Shown one piece after another: positions 1-10,908 of a stretch of DNA of 20,000 bases (its first letter is position 1; each line of letters begins with the position of its first letter). A program made the translations under genes and the position numbers. Location: NCBI RefSeq assembly GCF_004010195.1, contig NC_057719.1, positions 49,991,647 through 50,011,646 on the forward strand, in the 5' to 3' direction. The DNA is from Chiloscyllium plagiosum (taxonomy: Eukaryota). Below the pieces are notes generated by a model, which made no database searches, was not told the DNA's origin, and saw only the letters and a list, made by a program, of their open reading frames with translations.

Positions 1-805
1 CGTAGGCATCAGAGATGTCAGTATTTTATCAACTATCCCAGTGATTTGAGTAGTGCATTCTTCCAGGAATTGTAAAATGGGATTAGAATTGGGAAAGAGG
101 GGTGCTTTGGAGCAGAGTAAGCAGTTAACAAAGTGAGTTGTAGAAGATGCAACAAAAGATTTTGCAAAGCCTCATAGAAAGAAAGCCTCCTTGAAATTTG
201 ACAAAACCGACACTTACTTAAAAAACCCTCAAGACTCAATCCAATAGTTTTGTCGATTTTGATTTTCCAGATACTGAGAAGTTTGAAGCCTCTCTTATTG
301 AAGCTAAAGGAATTACATCATTTGCATTGGAGATTCTCCAAAACATTTTCTTTCCTTCAATGATGTAAGGTTTGTGAAAAAATCCCAACGATGGTGTTTT
401 ACTAACACCAAATTAAAACATTAAACCACTAAACCAAGTTCACAGAATACAAATGTGAGCCATCTGTGCTCTAATGCTTTTGTAGTTCCAACAGGATTAC
501 AATTAAAATTGGAAGTCAGCAACATTGTGGGAGACACATGCAATCTTAATGTGTGGAAGCTTTTTGGTGATGAACCTCACCAACAGCCATCAATGCCACA
601 GGTATGAACAGGCAATAAACTTAGCCAAACTGCGGCTCTTCATCATAACCACTACTTTCCTGATCAATTGCATTGCTATCAACATTAATAAGTCTTATTA
701 AAACCACAAAAGTGGCAGGGGTATTTTTTATACTTACATTACATTGGTTTAATTTTATTCATGTCCAAATCATATTTTTGTTGGAAGTAGCTTAGAAAGT
801 AGCTT

Positions 806-1146
806 GGGCAGCACGATGGCTGACAGCAGTGGTTAGCACTGCTGCCTCAGTACCAGGGACCTGGGTTCAATTCCAGCCTTGGGTGACTGTGCAAACTCCA
901 TGCAGACATTCTCCTGGTGTCTGCATGGGTTTCTTTGGGTGCTCCTCCCATAGTCCAAAGACATGCAGGTTACATGGATTGGCCATGCCTCATTGCCCAT
1001 AGTGTTCAGGGATGTGCAGGCTAGATGGATTCCCCATGGGAAATATAGGGCTGGGTGTGTGTGTGGATGGGATGCTGTTTGGAGGCTCGATGTGGACTCA
1101 ATGGGCCAAATGGCCTGCATCCATACTGGAGGGATTTTATGATTCT
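806..1146 (+). mobile_element. tRNA-derived V-SINE (HE1-like), diverged copy
   Basis: GGGCAGCACG head, interrupted A-box, B-box GGTTCAATTCC at 864-874, V-domain-like core (CATTCTCC...GTCTGCATGGGTTTC...GTCCAAAGACATGCAGG) and CR1-like tail (GGGCCAAATGGCCTG...TATGATTCT). Homologous to 16618-16914. Confidence 0.9.
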
Positions 1147-1429
1147 AGGCAGACACCTTTATGTAATGGTATACTTTATGGTTAACTCACATTGTTTACA
1201 GGGGAGTTAGAAACATTTTCTTATTATGGAGTAAAGAAAGTGTTCGTTCTTTCTTGAATGTTTGCACTATTCTCCAATACTTGCCATTCTGTGGGATAAA
1301 GCAGCGATTGGCCCTGCCTTTTATTTATTGTAATGGTCATTGTCCAAGAGCGTCTACCAGCCAAGCAGAGATCACTATTTAAAAATCAAGGGCTATTGTT
1401 TAAAACAGAGGAGGCACCTTTGTTTTTAT

Positions 1430-1602
1430 CTCCCCCCTGAAAAGCTGGTGGAAGCAGGGTATTTTTAAGGCAGAGGCAGATAGATTCTTGCTAAAAAGGG
1501 TGAAAGCTTAGAGATCGTTAATTGGAGGCTACAATTAGATCAGATAGGATTTCAGTGAAAGACAGACTCAAAGAGCCTACTTCTGTTTTTAATTCATACG
1601 TT
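1430..1602 (+). mobile_element. Old CR1 LINE 3' end remnant
   Basis: GGTGGAAGCAG..TATTTTTAAGGCAGAGGCAGATAGATTCTTG resembles the CR1 ORF2 C-terminus (FK.E.DRFL), followed by a 3'UTR-like GCCTACTTCTG. Similar to the minus-strand tails at 4870 and 6070. Confidence 0.6.
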
Positions 1603-1671
1603 TGTCACACCCTGAGATGAACCTACAAGTGGCTCAACTATGATGAACAAACAGAAATGAAGGATATGATG

Positions 1672-2270
1672 AGATTCAAAAAAAGGCATTTAGAACTTGC
1701 TAAAAAAAAAGGCAGTAAGCCTGAGGGCTGGGAGCAGTTTAGAATTCAGCAAAGGAGAACCATGACGTTGATTAAGATGGGATGAATACAGCAGAGTGTA
1801 AATTTGTAAGAAACATAAAACTGGATTGTAAGAGCTTCTGTAAGAATGGAAAAGATTAGTTAAGAGAAATGTAGGCCTCTTATAGTCTACAGTGGAGAAC
1901 TGACAATAAATGAAAGGAAAATGATAGTGATTAAACAGCTGCTTTAATACTTTCTTCACAGAAAAACACAAATAATTTCCTAAAAATATAGAGAAACAAG
2001 GATCTATTGGGAAGAACAAATTGAAGACGATCAGTTTTAGTAGAATAAAAGTTCTGGAGAAATGAATGGGACTGAAAGCTAATAAATTCAAAGCGCATAT
2101 TAATCTACAACCCATGGTACAATGAGGTGGTTTTGGAAATAGTAGACGTATTGTTTGTCTGAAGATTATCTGCAAAATTATGCAGATTCTGTAACAGTCC
2201 AAGCAGATTTGAAGGTGGCATATGTAAACTAGAATATTTAAAGGAGAGAGAAAGTTCACATTGGAACTAT
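1672..2270 (+). mobile_element. Decayed CR1 ORF2 fragment (tether between endonuclease and RT)
   Basis: Broken translations SKPEGWEQFRIQQRRT, RNIKLDCKSF, KRLVKRNVG, ending at GGAACTAT (the NY of NYRPVSLT). Many stops and frameshifts. The 197-aa minus ORF is its antisense shadow. Confidence 0.8.
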
Positions 2271-2649
2271 TCACCCACAACATAATTGGTCAAGTGACAG
2301 AAGTGAGTGGGTCTGGAGGTCCCACTCAGGCAACTATTTCCCTCTTTTGCCATCTGCACAGGAAACTACTCCCTTGGTAACTCCATACAGAACCCTCAAG
2401 AGTGGCGTAGCAGCACCACTACTGGCCAAGTTGGTGGAGTCCTAAAGGACATAGCTGCTAGACTATTGGAGGAGCAACAGAAGAGGAAACATACTCGACC
2501 TCACCTTCACCGGTCGGCCTGCCGCAGATCTATCTGTCCACGACAGAACATTAAGAGAATGATTGCTGCACAGTTCTTGTTGAGAAAGTCCCCCCTTCAC
2601 AGTAAGAATATTTTACACTGTATTAAGTGGCACAAAAAAATTGGACCTT

Positions 2650-2724
2650 AGAGTTTAGATCAGAGTGGTGCTGGAAAAGCACAGCAGGTCAGGCAGCATC
2701 CGAGGAGTAGGAAAATCGACATTT
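2650..2724 (-). mobile_element. Short Penelope-like pLTR-derived element, family A, nested in the LINE
   Basis: GTGGTGCTGGAAAAGCACAGCAGGTCAGGCAGCATCC is shared with 13081-13143, 16163-16288 and 16951-17107. Truncated at the hammerhead (G)AAAYGTC motif. Confidence 0.75.
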
Positions 2725-3620
2725 AACAGATCTGACAACTCAAGACTGGCATCCATGAGGTGCTGTGGGTCATCAGCAGCAGCCAAATTGTGCTCCAACA
2801 CAATCTGGCACCTCATGGCTCAGTATATCCCTCACTCTACCATTACCATCAAACCAAGAGATAAACCCTGGTTTAAAACTGATCATGCTCAGAGCCACAA
2901 CCAGGCAAATCTAAACTAAGAAACTGCACTGTCAACCTGGTGAAGCTACAAAAACAGGACTACATGTGCATCAGCACCAATGTATAAACAAAGGTAAGTG
3001 ATTCCACAATCAACAAATCAGATTTAAGCTCTGTAGTTCTGTCCCATTGGGTTATGAATGGTATTGGACAATTAAAAACTCACCGGAGATGGAAGCTCCA
3101 CAAACACTTGATTCTCAACAAGTGGGTACACCAGCACAGATAAGGCTGAAGCATTCGTAACAATCTTCAGCCAGTTGTGACGAGTGGATGATCCATCCTG
3201 ACCTCCTGCAGTGATCCCCCAAACCACGAATGCTGGTCTTCAGAGAATCCACTTCACACCATATGATATCAAGAAATTGTTGGGAGTCCTGAAAACATTC
3301 TAGTAAGTGTACTGAAGATTTGTGCTCCAGATGTGCTATGCCCCTAGCCAAGTAATTCCACATAGCTTCAACCCAACAATGTGTAAAATTGCCTGTCTAT
3401 CTTCTGTACACAAGCAGCAAGGCAACTCCAACCTGGCTAACTATTACACCATCAGTCTACTCACACTCATCAAGGAGCCCTAGCAATACCGGCATTAATT
3501 GGAGTCAAGGAGCAAACTTTCCACAGGTTGGAGTCATACCTGGCTCAAAGGAAGATGTTTGTGTTTGTTGGATGTCAATCATCTCAACTCCAGAAGATTT
3601 CTGTAAGAGTTCCTCAGGGT

Positions 3621-3717
3621 AGAGTTTCTACTCAAACTGTTCGGAGATGTCATACACCTCTGCAGCTGGTGGTCTTCTAGCCCATAGATGAGGTGCAGTA
3701 GTCATGTCCCTATGTTA
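3621..3717 (-). mobile_element. 97-nt insertion with 11-bp TSD, probably a short tRNA-derived SINE with an inverted 5' end
   Basis: Exact direct repeat TTCCTCAGGGT at 3610-3620 and 3718-3728 duplicates the host RT PQG motif. A-box-like GGTGCAGTAG on the + strand near 3692. Confidence 0.55.
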
Positions 3718-4869
3718 TTCCTCAGGGTGATATCCTCAAACCAACTAATTTCAGGTACTTCAATGGCCTTCCCTCCATCATAAGGATGAAGTTGGGGATA
3801 TGTTGATGATTGTGAAATGTTCAATACCATCTGTGAGTCCTCAGATATTGAAACAGTCCATGTCCAAATACAGAAAGATCTGGACAATATCCACATTTGT
3901 GCTGACATGTGGCAAACAGTGCCTCACAAATGCCAGGTAATGACCATTTCCAATGAGATGGTCGAGCCATTGCCCTTTCACATCTAATGACATTGTCATC
4001 ACTGCCACCCACTACCAACTTCCTACAGATTACCACTGACCAGAAGCTGACTTGGACGTGTCATAAAAGTGGCTACAAGAACAGATTGAGGCTAGGAATC
4101 ATGCATCACATAATTCACCTCCTGACTCTCTAATGTGTCCCCACCATCTATAAAGACAGTCAGGAATGTGATGGAATACTCTCTACTGACCTGGATGGGT
4201 GCAGCTGCAACAACATTTAAGGAGCTTGATACCATCCAGATCAAAGCAGCCCACTTGATTGGCACCTTATCCACAAATCCTATTCACTCCTTCTATCATC
4301 AAATCTAACAGCAGCAAGTACAACCTACAAAATAAACTGCAGAAATTTAGCAAGGTTTTAGACAACACCTTCTAACCCCACAACCAGTACCATCTGGAAG
4401 GCCAAAGGAATACCATCACCTGCAAGTTCCCTCCAAGCCAAATACCACCCTGATTTGGAAATATGTCGCTGTTCCTTCACTTTCACTGGCTTAAAATCCC
4501 GAATCTCCCTCCCAAGTGGCACTGTTGTTGCTCACCACTACTTTCCCAAGCACAACCAGAGATCAGCAATAAATGCTGGCTCAGTTCATGATGCCCACAT
4601 CCATGAAGGAATTTGAAAAATAATCTGCTTCATGCATCTCATTTTGCCCTATTCATTTCGGAACTGGATAATCTACATACATCCATGTGCCTCAATCTTT
4701 CACATTCTCTGTGAAGCCTACATGTCATTCATTTGTTGAATAGAGTAGATTATATGAAAACACTAATGTTTCCTGACAAATTCTTCCTAACCATTTCACA
4801 AAACGGTATCATTATTCCACTGTGTGTACAGGATGGTGTGTGGCTATGCTAACTTGTCCTGTTTCAACA

Positions 4870-5630
4870 AACATAGAAAGTGCAGCAATAGGCTAAATGA
4901 CACTGAGCTTGCTCCACCATTCCTGTTTATAATTATGGTTAATCCTCCAACTCAGTGCATGTTCCCAATTGCTCCCCATACACTTTGATGCCTTTAAAGT
5001 CTACCTCTATCTTGAATTTAATCAATGTCTAAGCCTCCACAGTCTTCTGCTGTAGAGAATTCCATATGTTCACCACCTTTGGAGCAAGAAGCATTTCCTC
5101 ATCTCAGTCCTAAACGATGCAGACTCCCCATCAGGGAAAAGATCCTCTCTGCATTTAGTCTGTCTATCCTTGTTAGAATTTTGTATGTTTCCATCAGATC
5201 CCCTCTCATCCTTCTGAACTCTAGTGAATACAGGCCGAATCAAAACAATCTCTTCTCATAGGACAATCCTGTCATCCCTTGTATTAACCCAGTCAACCTC
5301 CACCACACTCTGTTCTTTGGTAGGGACAGCAAAACTGCATGCAATACCCCATATGTGGTCTCACCAAGTATAATTGCAGTAAGACATTTCTAATTCTGAA
5401 CTCAAGTCCTCTTGTAATGAAGGCCAATATACCATTTGCCTTCCAAATTCCTTGACATACCTGCACTTTCATTGATTGGAGGACACTAAGATCCCTATGT
5501 GCACCTATGCTTCCTAACATACCATCATTTACATAATACTCTTCCTTTCAGTTTTTCACATCAAAAGTGTATAATTTCTGATATTGCCATATTGTACTGT
5601 ATCTGACATATGTTTGCCCATTCATTCACT
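4870..5630 (-). mobile_element. CR1 LINE 3' fragment
   Basis: Minus translation ANGILAFITRGLEF...LLQLYLVRPHMGYCMQF is typical of the CR1 ORF2 C-terminal region. The 3'UTR ends near TTCTATGT at about 4871. Confidence 0.88.
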
Positions 5631-6069
5631 TTGGTGGTAACCAAATTCTAAAGACATATACAAGTATAAACAAGAAGTTGCAATGATAATTGTGTAATTG
5701 GAACAGCAATGTGGATGGAAAGGACAACCACAGGAAGCAAATATTAATTCTAAAGAAACAGGGATACGAATATAGTACTCAGTTTAGGTGACCAGTTCTT
5801 TTTACAGAAATACCTGAATGTCACAAGCAGCCTGGACTTCAGTTAGTAAATGTTATTACTATTATGGAACAGGTGACACTGGTTACCAAGACATTGTGTT
5901 AAACAAAGTATAAGCCGATGTTATTGTTGTGTTTCTGTTAATATCTTCCGTTCTTTTATTCATTACTTTACTTGATCTAATTATCTATATTTGCTTCAAT
6001 AACTATCTTTAAGATCTAAATCATAATTCACACTACCCATCTTATTTATTCAACAAGCTATACCCACAC

Positions 6070-6490
6070 AAGAACATAAACAGGCTATCAGCCTCTCAAG
6101 CTGGCTCCCTGTCATTCAACAAAAGCATGACAGATCTGCCCAGCCCTCAACTTCTTTTTCAATAGCTCAGCACAGCCGTCAACTGCCTGATATTTCAAAG
6201 ATCTATTCATCTCCTCTTTAAATACTTTCATTGATCTAACCTGCACAAGTCCCTGGGTTGAGAATTCCAGACACTCACTAACCTCTGGGAGAAAAAATTT
6301 GTTCACATCTCAGTTTCAGAAAAAAAGGATACTCATTTAAAACTACGTGTCCTAGTCGGAGATTCCCCCACTAGCAGAAACATCTTCTCACCATCTATCT
6401 TGTCAAGCCGCTTCAGAGTCTTGTCTGTTTTAGTAACAACAATCCTCATTCTAAATTCTTGACAAGTAAAGGCTGAACCAATTTAGACCT
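6070..6490 (-). mobile_element. CR1 LINE 3' fragment
   Basis: Minus translation NKFF...VFKEEMNRSL and a tail ending TATGTTCTT. Confidence 0.75.
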
Positions 6491-6539
6491 TTTAATAAGT
6501 ACTTTTCACCATTTCATATGCCTTAATTTGAGTGGATAC

Positions 6540-6950
6540 TCTGCCATCTTTGTGGGTGGTTCATCCTTCTCATTGAGTTCTTATTTTTGACCAGAATAAA
6601 TTCTTTGAGCATTATGAAATATCTGCTAATGGTCATTCGCTGACTTTCCCCTTAGCTTATTTACTCAGCTTGCTTTAGACAACTTTCTTCATGTCTCTCT
6701 AATCGTCCTTATTTAAGTTGAAGACACAGACCCAAGTTGCTCTCCCTCAAACTGAATTTGAAATACTATTGGAGATTGCTAACTCCTGGAGAATTCTTAA
6801 TTATGAAACATCTCTTAAATTTACCTTATTACACATGACTAGATCGAGAATGACCTGTTTCTGAGTAGGTTTTGTGACATATTGTGCTAAAAAATAATTA
6901 CTGAAGCCCTGTAGAAATTGATCTTCCATATCATCTGTGCCATTGGGTAG
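6540..6950 (-). mobile_element. Decayed CR1 endonuclease-end fragment
   Basis: Minus translation QYVTKPTQKQVILDLVMCN matches the CR1 APE motif (Q.V..PTR...LDLV). Confidence 0.7.
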
Positions 6951-7175
6951 CCCAAAGATCATGAAGCAGATATTCTTGATCCTATTGGCATCAGGTCAAT
7001 ACAAGCAGGAAAGGAAATTAAAGGGTAAATAAACTATGTGCATGGAATAACCATGTAGCTCACATTGAATTGAGGAATTGCTTTCAGGCTGTTGTCTCTT
7101 CACAGGAGCCCTCTTTCCACCAAAGACACTTTTACAAAGAGCATTTGTTCAACTGCTCCACTTGCCCTTCCTCAC

Positions 7176-7256
7176 TACTGCCACCTGCTGATGGGAGTCC
7201 CAAAAAACTGCTCAGTTCCCTTGCTCAAAGTGTTCAACATCACCACCTGCTGCTGG
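7176..7256 (-). promoter_or_regulatory. Pair of CTCF-like motifs (each also contains E-box CAGGTG)
   Basis: Minus-strand TCAGCAGGTGGCAGTA (7176-7191) and CCAGCAGCAGGTGGTGATG (7238-7256) in apparently unique DNA. Motif match by eye only. Confidence 0.35.
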
Positions 7257-8169
7257 AGTTTCTGTTACACTTGAGTGAAGTTCATTTCATGCACCATGGG
7301 TTTAAATTAACACCATTTGATCTTATACTTCAATATTTAATATAACTATCAACAAAGTTGTGATGGTAAAACAAAATTGATGCTAAAAGTGGTAAAATAT
7401 TGTCCTCTGAAGTAGAATATGACTATTTTACACAGATCAGTAAACCAAGATAACAAAGAATAAGTCTTGTATTCATGTTCTGCTGAGCTCATTATATCAG
7501 TGATTCAATTGGCAGAAACAAAATATACATCTTCATCAGCAAACCTTCATTAGTATTTGTTTCTGAGTTATCTACTACAAATGCTGACTTCTGCACAGAA
7601 TATAAATTTTGAGGTGACTACATTCAACTTATCATGTAGCCAAAAAGGACAATGTGAAAAATTGAAAATAACAGTAGTTTGCTTGCACATTTATAAACTA
7701 GATTACAGTCTCAACAACAGATAGCATTGGTTTTTAAAGTACTTTCAAACTGCTGTGTCAGTAGTGATATGCTTTTCTAGTAATTTAAAGTGAATAGTGT
7801 TTTATGTATTACAATCTATAACTTTAGATCGCACTGAGTGAAGGATTGTTTAGCTTCAATGCGAAATCTTTGGCAAGTTTTGAATTCATTTGCAATGCTG
7901 CTAAACAAACTGTCTTGTGCAACTGAACACCCATCCACTCACTTCTAGTTTCTATGGATTAATTTGAATAATAAATTTAGATTGTATACTTCACACCGAT
8001 GTGAAAAAGTGTCAATTAGTTAATGAGCAGACTCAGTATGTAATTTGTAATATTCAGCCTGTATCCTATAATGTGAAGAATGACAGGGAGAACAGTTGTG
8101 GAGGTGATTTGACTTTGTGTGACAGTGAAACCAAGTGAGAGAAGTCCATTTTGCATCTTTCCCAACTGA

Positions 8170-8450
8170 GGTCTTGAGATTTACACATGGAAGAAGTGAA
8201 ACTATCACTGTATTCTAACAGATAAAAGGCTTAACAGACAATCAATTTTTCAATGTAAAATTTCAGTTACATCACACTGTAAATTTTTGCGATAAATTCT
8301 GTGTTACGATCGAGCCCTCCACTATCACCTGATGAAGGAGCGTCGCTCCGAAAGCTAGTGTGCTTCCAATTAAACTTGTTGGACTATAACCTGGTGTTGT
8401 GTGATTTTTAACTTTGTACACCCAAGTCCAACACCGGCATCTCCAAATCA
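8170..8450 (+). mobile_element. Penelope-like pLTR-derived element, family B, with hammerhead motif (left boundary approximate)
   Basis: TTGGACTATAACCTGGTGTTGTGTGA...AGTCCAACACCGGCATCTCCAAATCA is shared with 15789-15860. Retains CpGs and contains an intact hammerhead core. Confidence 0.75.
8326..8360 (+). ncRNA. Minimal type I hammerhead ribozyme motif
   Basis: CAC-CUGAUGA-A-GGAGC(GUC)GCUCC-GAAAGCUA-GUG: conserved core, 5-bp stem II, palindromic AGCU stem III, CUA cleavage triplet and CAC/GUG stem I. Confidence 0.8.
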
Positions 8451-8826
8451 CAACATATAACAGTTTGTTAAATTGCACACATTTGGCGTATAGCACTTTG
8501 AAGAAAAATCACATTGCTAACATTGTCTTTGCTATGCTACAGTGTAGAGTTGCAAGAATTACATTGTGGGTGGTCACCTTCATCTTCATACAACTGATGA
8601 CACCAAATTTGGCATTAATTATGTACCAAATCTGACTTCCTTTCTACTGAACTAAATTGACGTGACAGTCACAAAGTCATGCAGGATGAATAATTTGGAG
8701 CCAATTCAAAATCAGCCATAATTAAAATTTACCAATTATGTTTAGCTACAATCATATCAGAAATGTAAGGAGGTATGAAATTACATATATTCTTAAAGCA
8801 GAATGGTGGTAAGTTATAAGAATATA

Positions 8827-8942
8827 AAGCAAAGATGCTGGAAATCTGAAACAAAAACAGAACTTGCTGGAGAAATTCAGCTGGTCTGGCAACATCCATG
8901 GAGAGAAAGCAGAGCTAACGTTTCAGGTTGAATGACCCTACT
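8827..8942 (-). mobile_element. Short Penelope-like element, distant relative of family A, with 13-bp TSD
   Basis: Exact flanking repeat TTATAAGAATATA at 8814-8826 and 8943-8955. Minus strand reads GGGT-CATTCA-ACCT-GAAACGTT near its start (hammerhead 3' half) and has TCCAGCATCT near its end. Confidence 0.8.
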
Positions 8943-9694
8943 TTATAAGAATATATTTAAGGTGCAATATTCCTACAGAGGCTGTATTTTCATCAACAAG
9001 GAATAAATTTTACAGAGTAATTTTATTTAAATTAATTCAATCTGCGCTGAAATGTTAATTTTCTTCAACAATTAAAACAGTTTGAAAGTCATTCCATGAG
9101 AATTTGCAGGAACAATGTTGGTACATTCTATTCATATGGGACAAAAAAAATGTGTAGACATCAATAACCAAGATTATACAAAAGCTGCCACGGAGGGGTT
9201 GGAAATGGTCGATGGTTTGGTGCCTGCTGAGGTTCTAAATGTTCCTTTAGCTCTGAGACAAAAGAACTGAGCCAATCACCAGTTTTCAAAATACTGTTTC
9301 AGTCTTTGGGAGTCCAGGGTACCCACTTGCATCATCTACCCAATTCATCTCATATGATGTACCAGCCTCAAGTCTCACATCAGTTCACAAGTGAGCTGAA
9401 AACCAGCAGATGGCTGAGGATGTATCATGTTGAAATCTTAACTGCATCACTCACTCTTGGCTGTTTCTAGAAGGACTGCTGGCCCTTAAATTGAGGTTTG
9501 TCTGAAAGTTGGAACTAACTGTTCTCCAGGTGTAAGTTCACATTTTTGTGGGGTGATTTTCATATGGATCCACTCTGTTCACATCTGTATACTGGGCAAT
9601 AAAGTGATGAAAATAAGATACACAATCTTGACCAGTTAAAAGCCAATCTGTAAACAAAGACTTCTTCGCCTGAGGGCAATGAGAATGTGGAATG

Positions 9695-10297
9695 TGTTAT
9701 GAAATGTGCATTTAGGAACAATTTGTTCTGTCATGTTTCTATAATCTTGGAACTGAGCTGTATGCTCTGAGCTGAAAAATGTAGCGAGGTTTGGTTTTTT
9801 AAAAGTTGGAACAATAGAAGCAGCATGAAGACATGGGGCCAAACTCCCACAGAACCAGGATTTTGTTTTAGCTTTCAGTGATTACTGGGGTCTTAAAGCT
9901 GGACGTGGAAGCTGTTATTCCTCTCTCTGTTACAGCTAAAAGCTTGAGTTCTCTTCTTGCTCCTAGAATTGCATGTGATACAATCCATTTTATTGAATTT
10001 GCCTTTGCCAAGGGCGCGTTTATTTATTTTAAAACTATTTTGGAACAGTTTCTATTTAGTAGTTAAATTATCTATTATTCTGTTAAACTTTCCAATACAG
10101 TTGTTATTCCAATACTTCTTTCTTTTGTTTATATTTTAACTATAGTATAATAATAATTGTTTTGCTTCAAGCTTGATAACTTGACCAATTGAATTGCATC
10201 TGGAACATAACGCCTTATACTTGCCTTAAAATAAGAAAATGCTGGGGTCTAGGCCATCATCTTAAAATATTTTGAGGGAGTGGTCTGGTTCATAACA
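9695..10297. mobile_element. Solo LTR (Gypsy- or ERV-type), 603 bp
   Basis: Perfect 9-bp terminal inverted repeat TGTTATGAA...TTCATAACA with TG/CA ends, and exact 4-bp TSD AATG at 9691-9694 and 10298-10301. Confidence 0.82.
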
Positions 10298-10871
10298 AAT
10301 GAACTTTGAAACATTTCAATATTGACTCTCTAAGTGCTTACTCTTACTTCCCAAGTGACGAAGAGAAAGAAATAAAATGGAAAAATTGTATTTAAAAAAA
10401 TGCAGCTGAAAATGGGCAAGCATTTCAATAGATTTACAACTGTCCGGGTAAAAGCCTGTGATCCGAAGTTAGAGCTATATGGTAGTCATAAATGTTTAAC
10501 ATAGTTTATGAGATTATTTAACATTGCTGTTACTGTCACATTGGAGATCATACAGCAATTCTCTGAATAAACAAAAGTAAATTTGAGACAGTCAATGTTT
10601 GAAGGCATATAATATTTGCTGATTTTCACTTGAAACTTGTGCCTCTCAAGATTGTTACTACTTAGTGAGTTGATACCTTGGGTGTTGTTCTAACCAAAGT
10701 ACAGTGCAATATTGTCAAAGATTTTTATGTAAATACAAGCATGTGGGTTTCAAGGAAGGTCACTGTGAATTTAGCTATAACAGAGATGTGTAAGTGAATA
10801 AGGTAGAAATCCTATTTTCAATCAATACTGACACAATAAAAATATTTATACCCTGCGGATGAGTTTTCACA

Positions 10872-10908
10872 GGGGAGGTGGGAATGGGCATGGGGTTGGG
10901 GGATGGGG
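10872..10908 (+). other. Potential G-quadruplex
   Basis: GGGG-AGGT-GGG-AAT-GGG-CAT-GGGG-TT-GGGGG-AT-GGGG: six G-runs with 2-4 nt loops. Confidence 0.55.

Larger units (their letters stand above)
2390..4620 (+). mobile_element. Decayed 5'-truncated non-LTR retrotransposon of the CR1/L2 group (endonuclease end, RT, 3' tail)
   Basis: Broken translations GNILDLTFT, IPHSTITIKPRDKPWF, LANYYTISLL, VPQG, GYVDDC (RT catalytic motif near 3795-3812) and QKDLDNIH. 3' tail GCTCACCAC...CAATAAATGCTGGC...GCCCACATCC...GAAAAA. Interrupted by inserts at 2650-2724 and 3621-3717. Confidence 0.8.

Noticed and set aside
785..805. Tandem AAGTAGCTT before the SINE
   Set aside because: Not repeated at the SINE 3' end, so not a TSD; a small local duplication.
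806..878. tRNA gene (also 16618-16690)
   Set aside because: The A/B boxes run into a SINE body and tail, so these are SINE heads.
1690..2283. 197-aa minus-strand ORF
   Set aside because: Antisense shadow of an A-rich CR1 fragment; no recognisable domain.
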